From: Octopus vulgaris
Taxonomy: Eukaryota
Direction of reading: 5' to 3'
Length of the DNA stretch: 64,000 nt
NCBI GenBank assembly: GCA_951406725.2
Contig: OX597815.1
Span: 114,638,001 to 114,702,000 of the forward strand
Shown: positions 11,840 through 24,366 of the stretch, one piece after another
Layout of the letters: each line of letters opens with the position of its first letter
Numbering within the stretch: position 1 is the first letter of the stretch
Notes under the pieces: generated by a model
Told to the model about the DNA's origin: nothing
Seen by the model: only the letters and a program-made list of their open reading frames with translations
The model's database searches: none
Program-made: the position numbers and the translations under genes

Positions 11840-12509
11840 ATCTATGTAGTTGCCTGACAATCTAGAAATAGCCAAATTCCCGTCACACCACACTCCTGTC
11901 TGAACGAAGAACAATTAAGTAGTCTTGTCAAGGATACATTATCTATAACAATAAATAAATAAATAAATAAAAGTTACGGTCTCAGCTGGATCTGTTATTT
12001 TATTATGATCTGTTCGGTCACGATTTGATGCTAAACAGCAAGGGTGCTAAAGGAGACTATTTAGTTGCTCAACTTTTTAGAAAGGCACATATTGGATAAA
12101 ATAGCCCTAGATATATAGTGTCTGAAAATAAGATGGGATGGTCTTGGCCGGAGTTGTCTTGGATCATAGGACAGCTCATTAGGGGTGACCTGGAGTTAAA
12201 CAACAGCAAACAGAGGGCTAGGTAAAATGGAACATTGCTGGATAAATGTCTTTTTGCTCAGAGGCATAACCCAATAACTCTGACATGACACGAACCAGTG
12301 AACCCTCTCTTAATAATCCAGTGCATTGCTGATTCGATTATTCATGGACTTGATAACAAGAAAGTTCAGCAAATGATTTCAATTTTTGGTAAAAGACTAG
12401 CAATTTTAAAGGGAGAATGTAAGTCGGTTACATCAAATTCTAGTGCTCGACTGGTACTTATTTTATTGACCCCGAAATGATGAAAGGCAAAAATCAACCT
12501 TGGAAGGGA

Positions 12510-12678
12510 TTAAGTTGATTACATCGACCCCAGTGCGTAACTGGTACTTAATTTATCGACCCCGAAAGGATGAAAGGCAAAGTCGACCTCGGCGGAATTT
12601 GAACTCAGAACGTAAAGACAGACGAAATACTGTTAAGCATTTCGCCCGGCGTGCTAACGTTTCTGCCAGCTCGCCGCC
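12510..12678 (-). mobile_element. SINE family A, young copy (older degraded copy adjacent at ~12380-12500)
   Basis: Reverse complement of the 5675 head and body, CpGs intact. Confidence 0.88.
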
Positions 12679-13084
12679 TTCTACAGTTCTGTCAGCTCGC
12701 AACCTTAACCCCAGCACATAACAATTCAAACAGAATAAGACCTCAAGCGTATGAGTTAACGGGTGGATTCTATTATATCTCTGTTTGAACCTATTTACTC
12801 TACTTCTAAAAAATTACTCCCTATTATAGCACTGAATTACCTAGCCATTAAGTAAAATAAGCACGTGCTTAGACCATCAAGAAAGAAGGTGGCACTACAG
12901 AAATAGTAACTAGTTTACGTCACAAAAGGAATCACTTTAAACTTGCTAAGATAATATTCGGGATGCCTTATCTCTACTAAGTAAAGATGCAGATGTGTTA
13001 CCTAAGATTAATTTTGAAGATCTGATCAGACTTTGCAATTAAACAGAAAAACAAAACTTTTCAAATATAAATAAAGTGGAAGTA

Positions 13085-13452
13085 GGTGCAGGAGTGGCTG
13101 TGTGGTAAGTAGCTTGCTAACCAGCCCATGGTTCCGGGTTCAGTCCCACTGCGTGGCACCTTGGGCAAGTGTCTTCTACTATAGCCTCGGGTCGACCAAA
13201 GCCTTGTGAGTGGATTTGATAGACGGAGACTGAAAGAAGCCCGTTGTATATATGTGTGTATGTGTTTGTTCCCCGCCCCCATATCGCTTGACAACCGATG
13301 CTAGTGTGTTTACGTCCCCGTAACTTAGCGGTTCGGCCAAAGAGACCGGTAGAATAAGAACTATGCTTAAGAATAAGTCCTGGGGTCGATTTGCTCGACT
13401 AAAGGCGGTGCTCCAGCATAGCAGCAGTCAAATGACTGAAACAAGTAAGAGT
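13085..13452 (+). mobile_element. SINE family B, full length
   Basis: GGAGTGGCTGTGTGG A-box, B-box, CORE-like motif, tail. Confidence 0.9.
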
Positions 13453-13609
13453 ACACAAAATAAGCATTTTCCATCTTACTGTTAGCTTTGTTTCATTTTG
13501 AAAAATAAAAAAAATAATTTTATGGTTTATAAATTGTTTATATTTCGAATTTCATATATATGGAGATGCCAAAACCTTTTTAAGTGGTTAAGGCTACTAT
13601 CGGTCTATT

Positions 13610-13800
13610 ATGGCTTCGTGGTTAGGGTACTGGACTCATGATTGTAAGATTGATGTTTCGATTCCTGGACTGGTTGATGCGTTGAGTTCTTGAGCAAAAC
13701 ACTCAGCTGGTAAAAAATGGGTAATCCTACGACCTACCGGCTTCTCGTCCAGGGAGGAATATATACACAGGGAAACCAGCCCTATGCTTCCTGTAAAATA
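13610..13800 (+). mobile_element. Third tRNA-derived SINE type (related copy ~56220-56480)
   Basis: TGGCTTCGTGG...TTCGATTCC head followed by TTCTTGAGCAAAACACT. Confidence 0.55.
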
Positions 13801-14787
13801 ATGTGGACTAACCCCAGCCCTCCCCTGTTACTAGAAACCTGTTCTCAATCTGCGCTATGTTTATATGACACTTTTTATCTCTTATATCCCCAGGAACAGG
13901 TAATAGACTATTTTACTGACTCACGGTGAAATTGAATTTCAATTTTTTTTTTCTTTCTAATTTTGCGATACCACCGTCCTAATCACCACTATCATCACCA
14001 TTACAACCACCCTTACGATTATGGATACTACCACACTACTGCTACAATTATCATACCGTTGCTGTCATTAACACCACCACCACCACCACCATTAATATTT
14101 ATTACTCCAGTTCTACCACTACAGCTATTACTAGCATCACTATTACGACTGTTATTACGATCCAAGAAGTGGTTGTATATAACCACTCAATTTGCTAGGA
14201 ATAGCAGCCAAATCTCATCCTGTGATTTAAAAATAAGTATAATGTAGTCGTGGATTCCTTACACAACCACACAGAGAGGAAAAAGACGGTGTGTCATGGC
14301 TGGAATGCCTTCATAGATCTACTCGTTTATATCTGACCTGGGACGAAGTAACAACTACACCACTGTTGCCATCTATCTCTATTAATTACCACCACCACCA
14401 CCACCATCCCGCTTCCACCGCCAGTATAAAGTCATTATCACCACCAGTTATATTTACCAGCCTCAACATCACCATAATGCACTCAAAAATCTTGTCAGAA
14501 GAATAATCGATCGACCGTTTTTTTCTCTTGTGAGGAAAGTTAGCTGTTGATCGAAAACATCAGTTCACTTATGAATGGTAGTGATGGTGTTAGTCAACCG
14601 ACAACCATCTTCCCAACCAACCAACCAACAGTACGCTCATATATGTGTGTGTGTGATTAATGGGCGACAGAAGCAGTATTAATGCCAAAAAGTAATACTT
14701 ATTACTTAAAAGTGCATGTTCTATCAATCCTTTTAAGTGGTGGTACTAACGCACGGAACTCTACTAAGTTGTTTCAGCCAAATATTG

Positions 14788-15403
14788 GTTTCATGTCTTG
14801 GCACGAAGCTAGCAATTTCACGGGAGAGAGTAAGTCGATTACATCGACCCCCAGTGCTCAACTGGTACTTATTTTATCGACCACCGAAAGGTTGACAAGC
14901 TAAGTCGATCTCGGCAGAATTTGAACTCGGGTCATAAAGATGGCGTAGGAGTGGCTGTGTGGTAAGTAGCTTGCTTACGAACCACATGGTTCCAGGTTCA
15001 GTCCCACTGCGTGGCATCTTGGGCAAGTGTCTTCTACTATAGCCTCGGGCCGACCAAAGCCTTGTGAGTGGATTTGATAGACGGAAACTGAAAGAAGCCC
15101 GTCGTGTATATGTGTATATATATATATATACATGTGTGTGTTTGTGTGTCAGTTTGTCCCCCCAACATCGCTTGACAACTGATGCTGGTGTGTTTACATC
15201 CCCGTAACTTAGCGGTTCGGCAAAAGAGACCGATAGAGTAAGTACTAGGCTTACAAAGAATAAGTCCTGGGGTCGATTTGCTCGACTAAAAGGTGGTGCT
15301 CCAGCATGGCCATAGTCAAATGACTGAAACAAGTAAAAGAGTATGGATGAAATGCAGTTAAACATTTAGTTCAGCAGGTTAACGATTCTGCCAGCTCGCC
15401 ACC
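14788..15403. mobile_element. SINE family A (-) split by a SINE family B (+) insertion at ~14942-15343
   Basis: Family A sequence resumes after the family B tail. Confidence 0.85.
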
Positions 15404-18400
15404 TACTTCTATTAAATATTAATTTGTATATGTGTGTGTGTGTGTCATTTCTTGCTAACCAAGACGCTACACTTTTGATGGTCTCTTTTAGTTTCTCTAT
15501 TTACGACTTTAATTGTAATTAAAAAAAATATATATCATATATAAATTTTGTATTTTATACTGTTCCCACCCATCCTATCATACATTTTATGAACAACAAA
15601 TCTGTTAAAATTTTTGAGGTGAGTTTCCCTAGCTCCGTTTTTTTTTTTTCTTTGTACCCACCGACCAACCAGCCAAGCAAACGCACACCCACTCTACACA
15701 GACTGGAATCAAATAGAATTTATATAATTTACTCTTCTCATAGGTTTTTTTGTTTGTTTTTGTGGAGATAGGAAGAAAAAAGAGAGATGGTAAGAGATGG
15801 ATAAAGAATGAACTGAGAAATCGAGGATGAAGGAGAGAGTGAATGAAAAGATAGCAATGGAGAGAAGTGTAGTAATGTACAGCAAAAGAAATTGTAAAAA
15901 AAATATAAACTTCAAAAACAAAAAATTTTAATTTGGAGAGGGAGGATTCTGAAAATAAATAAATAGAAACAGAAAAATTATTTAATAAAAACAACAAGAA
16001 CAAATGTAGGAATATATAAACTTGATTTCAAACATGTTACCGAAATCAATAAATTCCTTAAATATTAAGCTGACATAAATAAAGATTGAAGTATCTTGCA
16101 CATATTTGTTTATTATTTTATTGTAGCATTTATTCCTGTTAATGAGAAAATTGAGAGGTGGAGGAGGAGTAAATGGGGGTGGGGAGAGAAAATAGAGATG
16201 GTGATTGGAGAAATGGAAGTAGGAGGAGAAAACGATGTTTATGGAGTGGAAGTAGGGGGGAATTGAAGTGAGGAGTTGTAGAGGAGGGTTCAAAGTGATA
16301 TAATTAAAGCAACTGCAAAAAAAAAAAAAAAATGGAAGTCATGTCAGATCAAAGTTGGAAGGTGAACATCGACAAATCCATAAATTAGCTTCTTCCTACC
16401 TCTTCCAGTGTTGCTACTTTTGTAAGCTCACCGAGAATCAACATTAACACTAGCATCAACAGCTATGGGGAAAGTGATAAAGTATGTCCTGTAAATGTAT
16501 GTTTAAATATTAGATTCAGAACCAGTCAAAACCAGTACTATTGCCTCTAAACATAGTTCTGATAAAGCTTGGTATAATGAATATACACTTCAACCCTTTT
16601 GATAATAACCTGCCTGAGACTGCCCCTGATTCTATATTACAATTTGCCTGTTTAAAATAATCTAAATTAAAACCTTTTATCAAAATAGCATAGTAATGTA
16701 TGTTCCAAATATCAGTTCAATAATAAACTATATTTACTAAATTCTCCAATTTTAAAATCAATTGAAATAAAGGCAACACAATTCTACAGAAATATAGTAT
16801 GGTAAGAAAATGTTAACTTGCTTTGATTCTACTCTTCACCAATCTGATCAAATCTCAATGAAGAGCTATTGCCATGCTTTTAATGATTTAAAACTTAAGT
16901 GCTAAATTTTACAACAGTAGATGCTAAAAAAGTACAAAGTACTCTGTTAATATCTTAACTGCATAATGAAGTTAAACTGAATTGATTAGCATCTTGTCTA
17001 TGCATATTGAGAGAGCGAGACTTGTAGTTTTCTCAGGAATATTCTATCAGCCACATTGATGAAACTCAGCTGTTTTATGGTATCAAACTAGAATTTCTAA
17101 ACCACAAATTTTGATGCCTATAAATAATTAATTTCACTACCATCACTTTTGATCTAGACTCCAAAGAAATACATATATCTAGTTTTAAGTTCTATTTAAA
17201 AAGCTAAACTGACTGACCCAAAAGAGTTTATATTTTCTTTCAAAAAAAAAAAAAAAAAGATACAATGTATACAGATTACGAACAAAAAAAGAAAGCAGGA
17301 TGTTTACTTCAGTCTCAATTTCAGTTTTCTCAGCACCTTCATGAGATATAGGGTTTACAAGAAAATTAGATTTGTTTCTAACAGATAATGGGGCAGACAG
17401 TCATAAAAAATGTGCAAACTCTGGACAATCCCACGTCCTGGTTTCAATTTCAATTTAGAGAAATTTCACTTTATTTGTCATTAATACCTTTCAGAAATGT
17501 GCAAACACCTTGGTTTCTTGTTTGTTTTCCATCAATATCTTCAACAATTTTGTAAGTCCACCAATTTCCATGTTTATATGGACCTGATAAGTCTGCTCCA
17601 GTAGTGTCTAGCCACTTGATGCAATCCCTTTTCTACTTCAGCCTTCACTACTTCTTTCTCAGTTACCCTATGAAAGAAATGAGGGTTCTTACTACCTGGA
17701 TCACCCAGCATTTCTATACATATCCACATGTCCATACCAGCACAAGCTTCTCTTGCATACTACAGCTGGCTCCACTTATACTTAGTTTTTCTGTTTATTT
17801 GCACTTCATTCATCATGCACACTAACATTACACATTCAATGAAGCAAGTTCACTTTGTTTCCTTTTGACCTTTCTATATTCGCCTCCATCAACACCCATG
17901 ACCATGCAATATCATTTTTGTCACTCTTGAAAACTTCTGGCTTCAAACTTGTGTTAATTATTAACAAGGCTTACCCAAAATTTAAAGTATGCAGTATAGT
18001 CAGTTGCTTTGGAAAATAAAGTCAAACTTACAGAGTCATAACAATGTAGGCTTTTATGTCAAATGTCGTGCTTGAGAAGACCCAACAAGCCAAGCAAAAT
18101 CACAGTTGTGGCAGGTTACCAGTGTCATGCAAATAGCACCTGTGCCAGTGGCACATAAAAGCACCCATTACACTCTGAGTGGTTGGCATTTGGAAGGGCA
18201 TCAAGATGTAGAAACCATACCAAATAAGACTGGAGTCTGGTGCAGCCTTCATGCTTACCAGCCCTGGTCAAACCGCCCAACCCATGCCAGCATGGACAAT
18301 GGACGTTTAATGATGATGATACTCGTGTCTATATAATAAAACTTAAATACTCCATCTGTTCACAGGACCTATTATTTTGTTGTTAGCATTTTAGGGATTT

Positions 18401-19574
18401 ATATCAAAAATTTAATTAAATGGATGCTATTCAATCAACTTGCAATATCTACTACTTTTGGAGAAAAAGCCACTTCTAAATGAATACTGCAGTTCACAAA
18501 TATTAGGTAAGAACGTCAGTGATGATCTCCAAGTAGTGGGAGTGTCTCATGAGGGCTCCAATGAACAACTTGAGAAGTGGCACAAAAGCAGGATTATGTC
18601 CAGAATTTATAACTGTGTGACACTATTAAAAAAAAAAGCAAAACGTATTTTTACACATTCAATAAAATCCCTGAAAAAAACATCCATGTAGCATTGATCT
18701 CAGTTTCTTTCACACAAAACTAAAACAGATCTTGAATGTAAGAAATTAAACATAAAATTAATTCATGACAAAAGAAAATTTGTTTGACCACAATAAGCCC
18801 TTGAAATATGTTTTTAAATCAACAATTATAAAAATATTGTTTTACTATCATCAGCTTAACCCTAATTAAAAAGACCTATGAACAAGAATCATTCCAACCA
18901 TAGACCATTTCAACTTCTCTTGAGCATGGTATAACTAGGACTACATTATGCAATGCAGCTTTCCCTCTTCAAGATGGTAAGAAAAATTTGGTTACTATTT
19001 TTCTAGCTGGTTGAATGAGCCAAACAATTTCATGTAAACTGCAGACCTCAATCATTTTATTTCCAAAGACAATTTTATAGTGGTTTATTTTTTTTAAAAA
19101 TCCATTCATTTCAGTTTTCTTGGATAAACAATTGTATAAATGGAAAGATTTATTGATGACAATTGAAAGAAATGAACAGGAGCTGTGTCATAAAGCACTT
19201 ACTCAACCATAAAAGATCACTCTTGCATTATGGCAATACCCAATTGTGTTGACAAGTGATGCATCAAAACCTCAATTAGATTACAGGATACTGCCCCTTC
19301 CACTCAAGACTTCTCACCTTTAAATTAACAAAATATATCTACAATTTGAAACAGCATTTACACATTTAGACATATTTTAGAAGGATACTGGTCTTGCCTT
19401 TTTATTACAAACACACATCTAATAGACTTTACAGGAATATTTCACTGTACCAATTCTGGAAGAAAGGCAAAGTTGACCTCAGAACACAAAAGGCTGTCCC
19501 TAAGTACCACATGAATTTAGGTACATGATAATTTTTGTCTGACACCAAAACAACTACCAATCCACAGTGAAGAA

Positions 19575-19585
19575 TTTATTTTATT
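19575..19585 (-). terminator. Candidate MED14 polyadenylation signal (overlapping AATAAAATAAA)
   Basis: About 900 nt past the stop and followed on the minus strand by a GU-rich tract (TGGTAGTTGTTTTGGTGTC). Other AATAAA hexamers exist further downstream. Confidence 0.4.
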
Positions 19586-20484
19586 AAGAAATTACTAAAT
19601 TTAGGATTTCATAATTCTATTGTGATAGAATAAAGGTATTCTTGCTTGTTGGAAGTAATGTATACATGCATTAGGTTCCCATGGTTCAATGTCAACCTTT
19701 TTTTTTTTAAATAAAATGAACAAATGCATCATTATTTTCTGACCAATCAAATGAATGTTGACAAAGATTATAAACACACCATGATCATTCAAAACAAGGA
19801 TATGAGGTTATTTATGAAATTTAACTTCAGTAAATATTGAGATAAATGTACAATGTTTCCTATTAAAAAATGAAGTTTTTTTCATTTTATGCTTAATATT
19901 TTTAGGATGTGTTGTTATAAGTTTAAAACATGAAATTATGTTTTTTGTGCTTTTGTTTAGCCCTAGGTAAGACCTGACTGAATAAACACAATCAAAGGTG
20001 TTCCAGTTGTAATCATCTTTTTTTTTCTTAATATCTAACACTATGTTGTCCAAAATGAACTTCTGAATGACCACAGGAGGCTACCTTGTTGATAACTGGG
20101 GCACAAACGCAAACCATTGTCATTGCGTCACAGACAATTTAAATAAAATTTGTTACTATTCTCCTTTTATAGTTAAATGGTTTTTGTTAGAGCATCAAGC
20201 TGTTCCAACATAATGAAGTGATTTCTATAGAAAATAGCATCTGTCTGGAAAATATTTGCTCTCACAATTCATGCTTGCAGAACTATCCAATTGGTGCTAA
20301 TATGGAAAATCAGATCTCAAAACATGAAGGATAAAAATAAATTTTAAAAATTGTAACCTGCCTACACTTAGTTATTGCAAAGAATAATAAAGTGGAGACT
20401 GAGTTGCAAGGATAGTTTAGAGACAGGAAATCAGCTTAAGGAGGTGTTTTGTAAACATTTGTACAGGAGTTTCTATCAGCATTA

Positions 20485-20748
20485 CTACTGTATAGGAATG
20501 ACTAAATTAGTCATAAGTTCTCGCACTGATGGGAATATGGCACATTCGGTATGATTTTGATGAAGTTCAGCAAATCGTCTTAACATTGAAACAATAGCCA
20601 TTTGTGCAGGAGTCTGAGTGTGAGGGGCAGGTGGCCGAGCTTCAACAAGTTGTATTGTATTAGTACCGATGTCATAGAGCAGAGGAACAATAACAGACTG
20701 AGGATCGGTGTTTGAAGACAACATTAGGCCAATCCGGGTCAACATAAG
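20485..20748 (-). CDS. MED14: MED14 last coding exon: LMLTRIG...[13 protein letters not shown]...[20 protein letters not shown]
   Basis: TTTTAG acceptor; TAG stop at 20485-20487 followed directly by TAA. Confidence 0.95.
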   Translation of the reverse strand, partial: LMLTRIGLMLSSNTDPQSVIVPLLYDIGTNTIQLVEARPPAPHTQTPAQMAIVSMLRRFAELHQNHTECAIFPSVRELMTNLVIPIQ

Positions 20749-22752
20749 CTAAAACAGAAAGAATAAACACAATCAGTACATAATACAAGTATATGAATTA
20801 ATTTTTGTACACACACATATATATATATATAGTCTTAATAATTTGCGGGTTTAAATAATTAGACTGAATTTACAAACTGAAATACTCTCATTTAAAACTT
20901 AATTACATGTCATTTCACTTCAATGTAGTCTTAACCTGCTATATTTTTTCTAATCAGATTATATGTATCCTGGGAGAATCATTGGAGTAGAGTTCCATTG
21001 GGTCTTATCAGAAACAACTGTCATTAAACTTTCTGCTGGATTTTAAACTGTGATTAACTGGGATACTCTTGCTTGTAGTCTACCCCTAGGTTTCCTGCCA
21101 GTTGGCTAAGCTAAGTAAAAACATGGTGGTCCTTGCATGCAGGCTTGACCACTGCATCCCTCTCCAGCTGAGCATTCCTAATCTTTCGGGCTTGTGGGTG
21201 CTGGTGCCACAAAAAAAAAACACCCCATACAGTTGCCATATAAACGCACCTGTTCTGGTGCTGTGTAAATGCACCCAATACACTCTGTAAAGTGGTTGGC
21301 ATTAGGAAGGACATCCAGCCACAGAAACCATGCCAAAACAGAACGGGGCGTGGACAGGTCTTCAGCAGGTCAGCTCCTGTCAAACCAACCAACACATGGA
21401 ATACGGACATTAAATTATATAAATATCCAGTTTTAGCCATCAGGTGCCTAAATAAAAAGTATAAGTAACTACTAAAATACACTATAAATTTCAAAGTTTA
21501 AACTGCAACCAAGTTAAATGTAACCTGACAATAGCAAAATTGTAATACTCCTCTTGTCAGATGTACAAGTTAGAAATACCAATATTATATGAGACCAAAA
21601 GTACATTTACATTTTTTAAACTATGTGTATATTTAGATGCACAACACTAACATTTCAAGAGAATAAATTTGTGAGAGTTTGATAGATTTTGTGTCCACTC
21701 TAATCACCACTATACTATATACCTTCAAACATTATTTACCAGTCATATTGATAGCTACATGTAATATGACCCAAACGATTAACACACACACCTAATTTCT
21801 TAACCAACAAAATACTCAGTGAATAATAATTTAGATTCTCTTTTGTTCATGTCACATAAACTTATTCTATTTTGTGAACTTCACTGAAGTGAAATTCTAT
21901 CCCAGCAAGACATATAACAATTACATTAAGGTCACATTGATACTAAATAATATTTTCTAATATCAGTTGACAGTGTAGAGAGAGAAGTAGCAGATTACAC
22001 TTACCATGATTATCATTTTGCTCTTTACCACAACAGCTGGAGTGCCAGCTGGTGCACTGATTGGATGAGCCCCAGGAGGTATGGTTAAGCACCACTGCAC
22101 AGACCACTTGAGGTTTCGATCAGGCATCTAAAAAAACCAAAGACATCAGAATATCATTCAAATTAAAATAAAATCTTTCTCCCTTCACCGTTTCTCCTAT
22201 ATATATATCTATATATATATATACACACACACACACACAGTAGATCAGAAGTGTGGGTTTAAATCCCATCACTGCCAATATACATTTTGACCCCTGACTG
22301 TCTCCTTTGCTAGTGGCATGTAAAAAGCACCCACTACATTCTCAGAGTGGTTGGTATTAGGAAGGGCATCCAGCTATAGAAACATTGCCAGATCAGATTG
22401 GAGCCTGGTGCAGCCCACTGGCTTGCCAGACCTCAGTCAAACCATCCAACCTATGCCAGCATGGAAAGCAGATGTTAAATGATGATGATGATATATATAT
22501 TTACACACACACATTTGTGTTTGTCTCTCAGCACAGGACAACCTGTGTAGATTTGTTTATACCCAAATTATGTAATGGCCTGGTGAAAAAAAGCGACCAA
22601 TTGTGAGTATCAAACTCAAAATAAAAATTTGGGTCAATCTCACTGACTAAGAAACCTTTCAAGGGTGTGCTCCAGCATAGCTTGCTATCCCATGACTGAA
22701 ACAAGATTATTAAATACACATAACTGCATTCTTTTGTTTGACAACCCATATG

Positions 22753-22795
<43 letters not shown>

Positions 22796-24321
22796 CATCA
22801 TCATCATCATCATCATCGTTTAACGTCCGCTTTCCGCGCTAGCACAGGTTGGACGGTTTGACCGGGTCTGGGAAGCCAGGGGCCGCTCCAGGCTCCAGTC
22901 TGAATCTGGCAGAGTTTCTACGGCTGGATGCCCTTCCTAACGCCAACCACTCCGTGAGTGGATTGGGTGCTTTTTACGTGCCACCTGCACAGGGGCCGGA
23001 GGGTCCGGCATCGTCACGATCGGTTCGAGCATTTTAACGTGTCAGCGGCACGGGGGCAACGAGGTCCGGGGTACTTTGGGGATCGGGGTATTTTGGGGAT
23101 CCAGGGTACTTTGGGGATCCGGGGTACTTTGGGGATCCGGGGTACTTAGAATGGGTAGGGGGTATGTGGAATTGCTGCAGAAAGCAGCCCGGGTCTTTGT
23201 AGTCACAGCATATCTCCAGAGATCTCGGTCCTTCGCCATTGCCTCAGTGAGGCCCAATGCTCTGAGGTCATGCTTGACCACCTCATCCCATGTCTTCCTG
23301 GGTCTACCTCTCCCCCTGATACCTTCAACTGTTTGGGAGTGGCACTTCTTCACACATCTCTCTTCATCCATCCGCAGCACATGACCATACCATCGCAAGC
23401 GTCGCTCTTGCACACCACATCTGATGCTTCTTATATCCAGCATTTCTCTCAGGATACTTACACTCTGTTTTGCGTGCACACTGACACTACACATCCAGCG
23501 GATCATGCTAGCTTCATTTCTTTCAAGTCTACGCATGTCTTCTGCAGTCACAGCCCATGTTTCATTACCGTGAAGCATGGCAGTTCGCACACATGCATCA
23601 TACAATCTACCTTTTGCTCTGAGGGAGAGGCCTTTTGTTGCCAGTAGGGGTAAGAGCTTTCTGAACTTTGCCCAGGCTATTCGTATTCTAGTGGTGATAC
23701 TCTCTGTGCATCCACCTCCGCTACTAACTTGGTCTCCCAGGTAGCGGAAACTATCAACTACTTCTAGTTTCTCTCCCTGGAGTGTGATGGAATCTGTTTT
23801 CTGAGTGTCTGTTGTGTCTATTGTCCCTGTGCATCTGCCGCACATGAAAGCTATCTTATCTGTTAATTTCCCTTTAATGTTGCTGCACCTCTTATGTGTC
23901 CATAACTTACATTGGGTGCATCTTATGGAGTTTCTACCTGTACCTTTCCTACAGGTTGAGCAGGGCCACCTACCCGAGGGGATGTGTGTTGAGTACCTCT
24001 TGCTGCTTACTAATACTTTGGTCTTTGCTACATTTATTCTAAGGCCCTTTGATTCCAACCCTTGCTTCCATACCCGAAATTTCTCTTCTAGTTCCGGTAG
24101 TGATTCTGCTAAATACATATTTCTATAAGGAAAAACTGTAGGTGTAGACAATCTTTAATTCACAATCCAAGTTGGTACAAAACCAATAGACATTCTACAA
24201 ATTCTTTCGAAGTCTAATTTGTTTTTGCAAATACTGGATATATATTTTTTGTATATATTCTTTACTGGGACTATACTGGCAGACTTGGATGTTTGACATC
24301 TCTTTTATTTATTCATATATA

Positions 24322-24366
<45 letters not shown>

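Noticed and set aside
13085-13160. tRNA gene
   Set aside because: A- and B-boxes are present, but the sequence continues into a multi-copy SINE body, so it is a SINE head.
13963-14506. His/Pro-rich ORFs
   Set aside because: They derive from degenerate (CAC/CAT/TAC)n trinucleotide repeats.
16130-16400. Promoter or first exon of a plus-strand gene
   Set aside because: Purine-rich low-complexity tract; the ATG at ~16332 opens only a very short frame.
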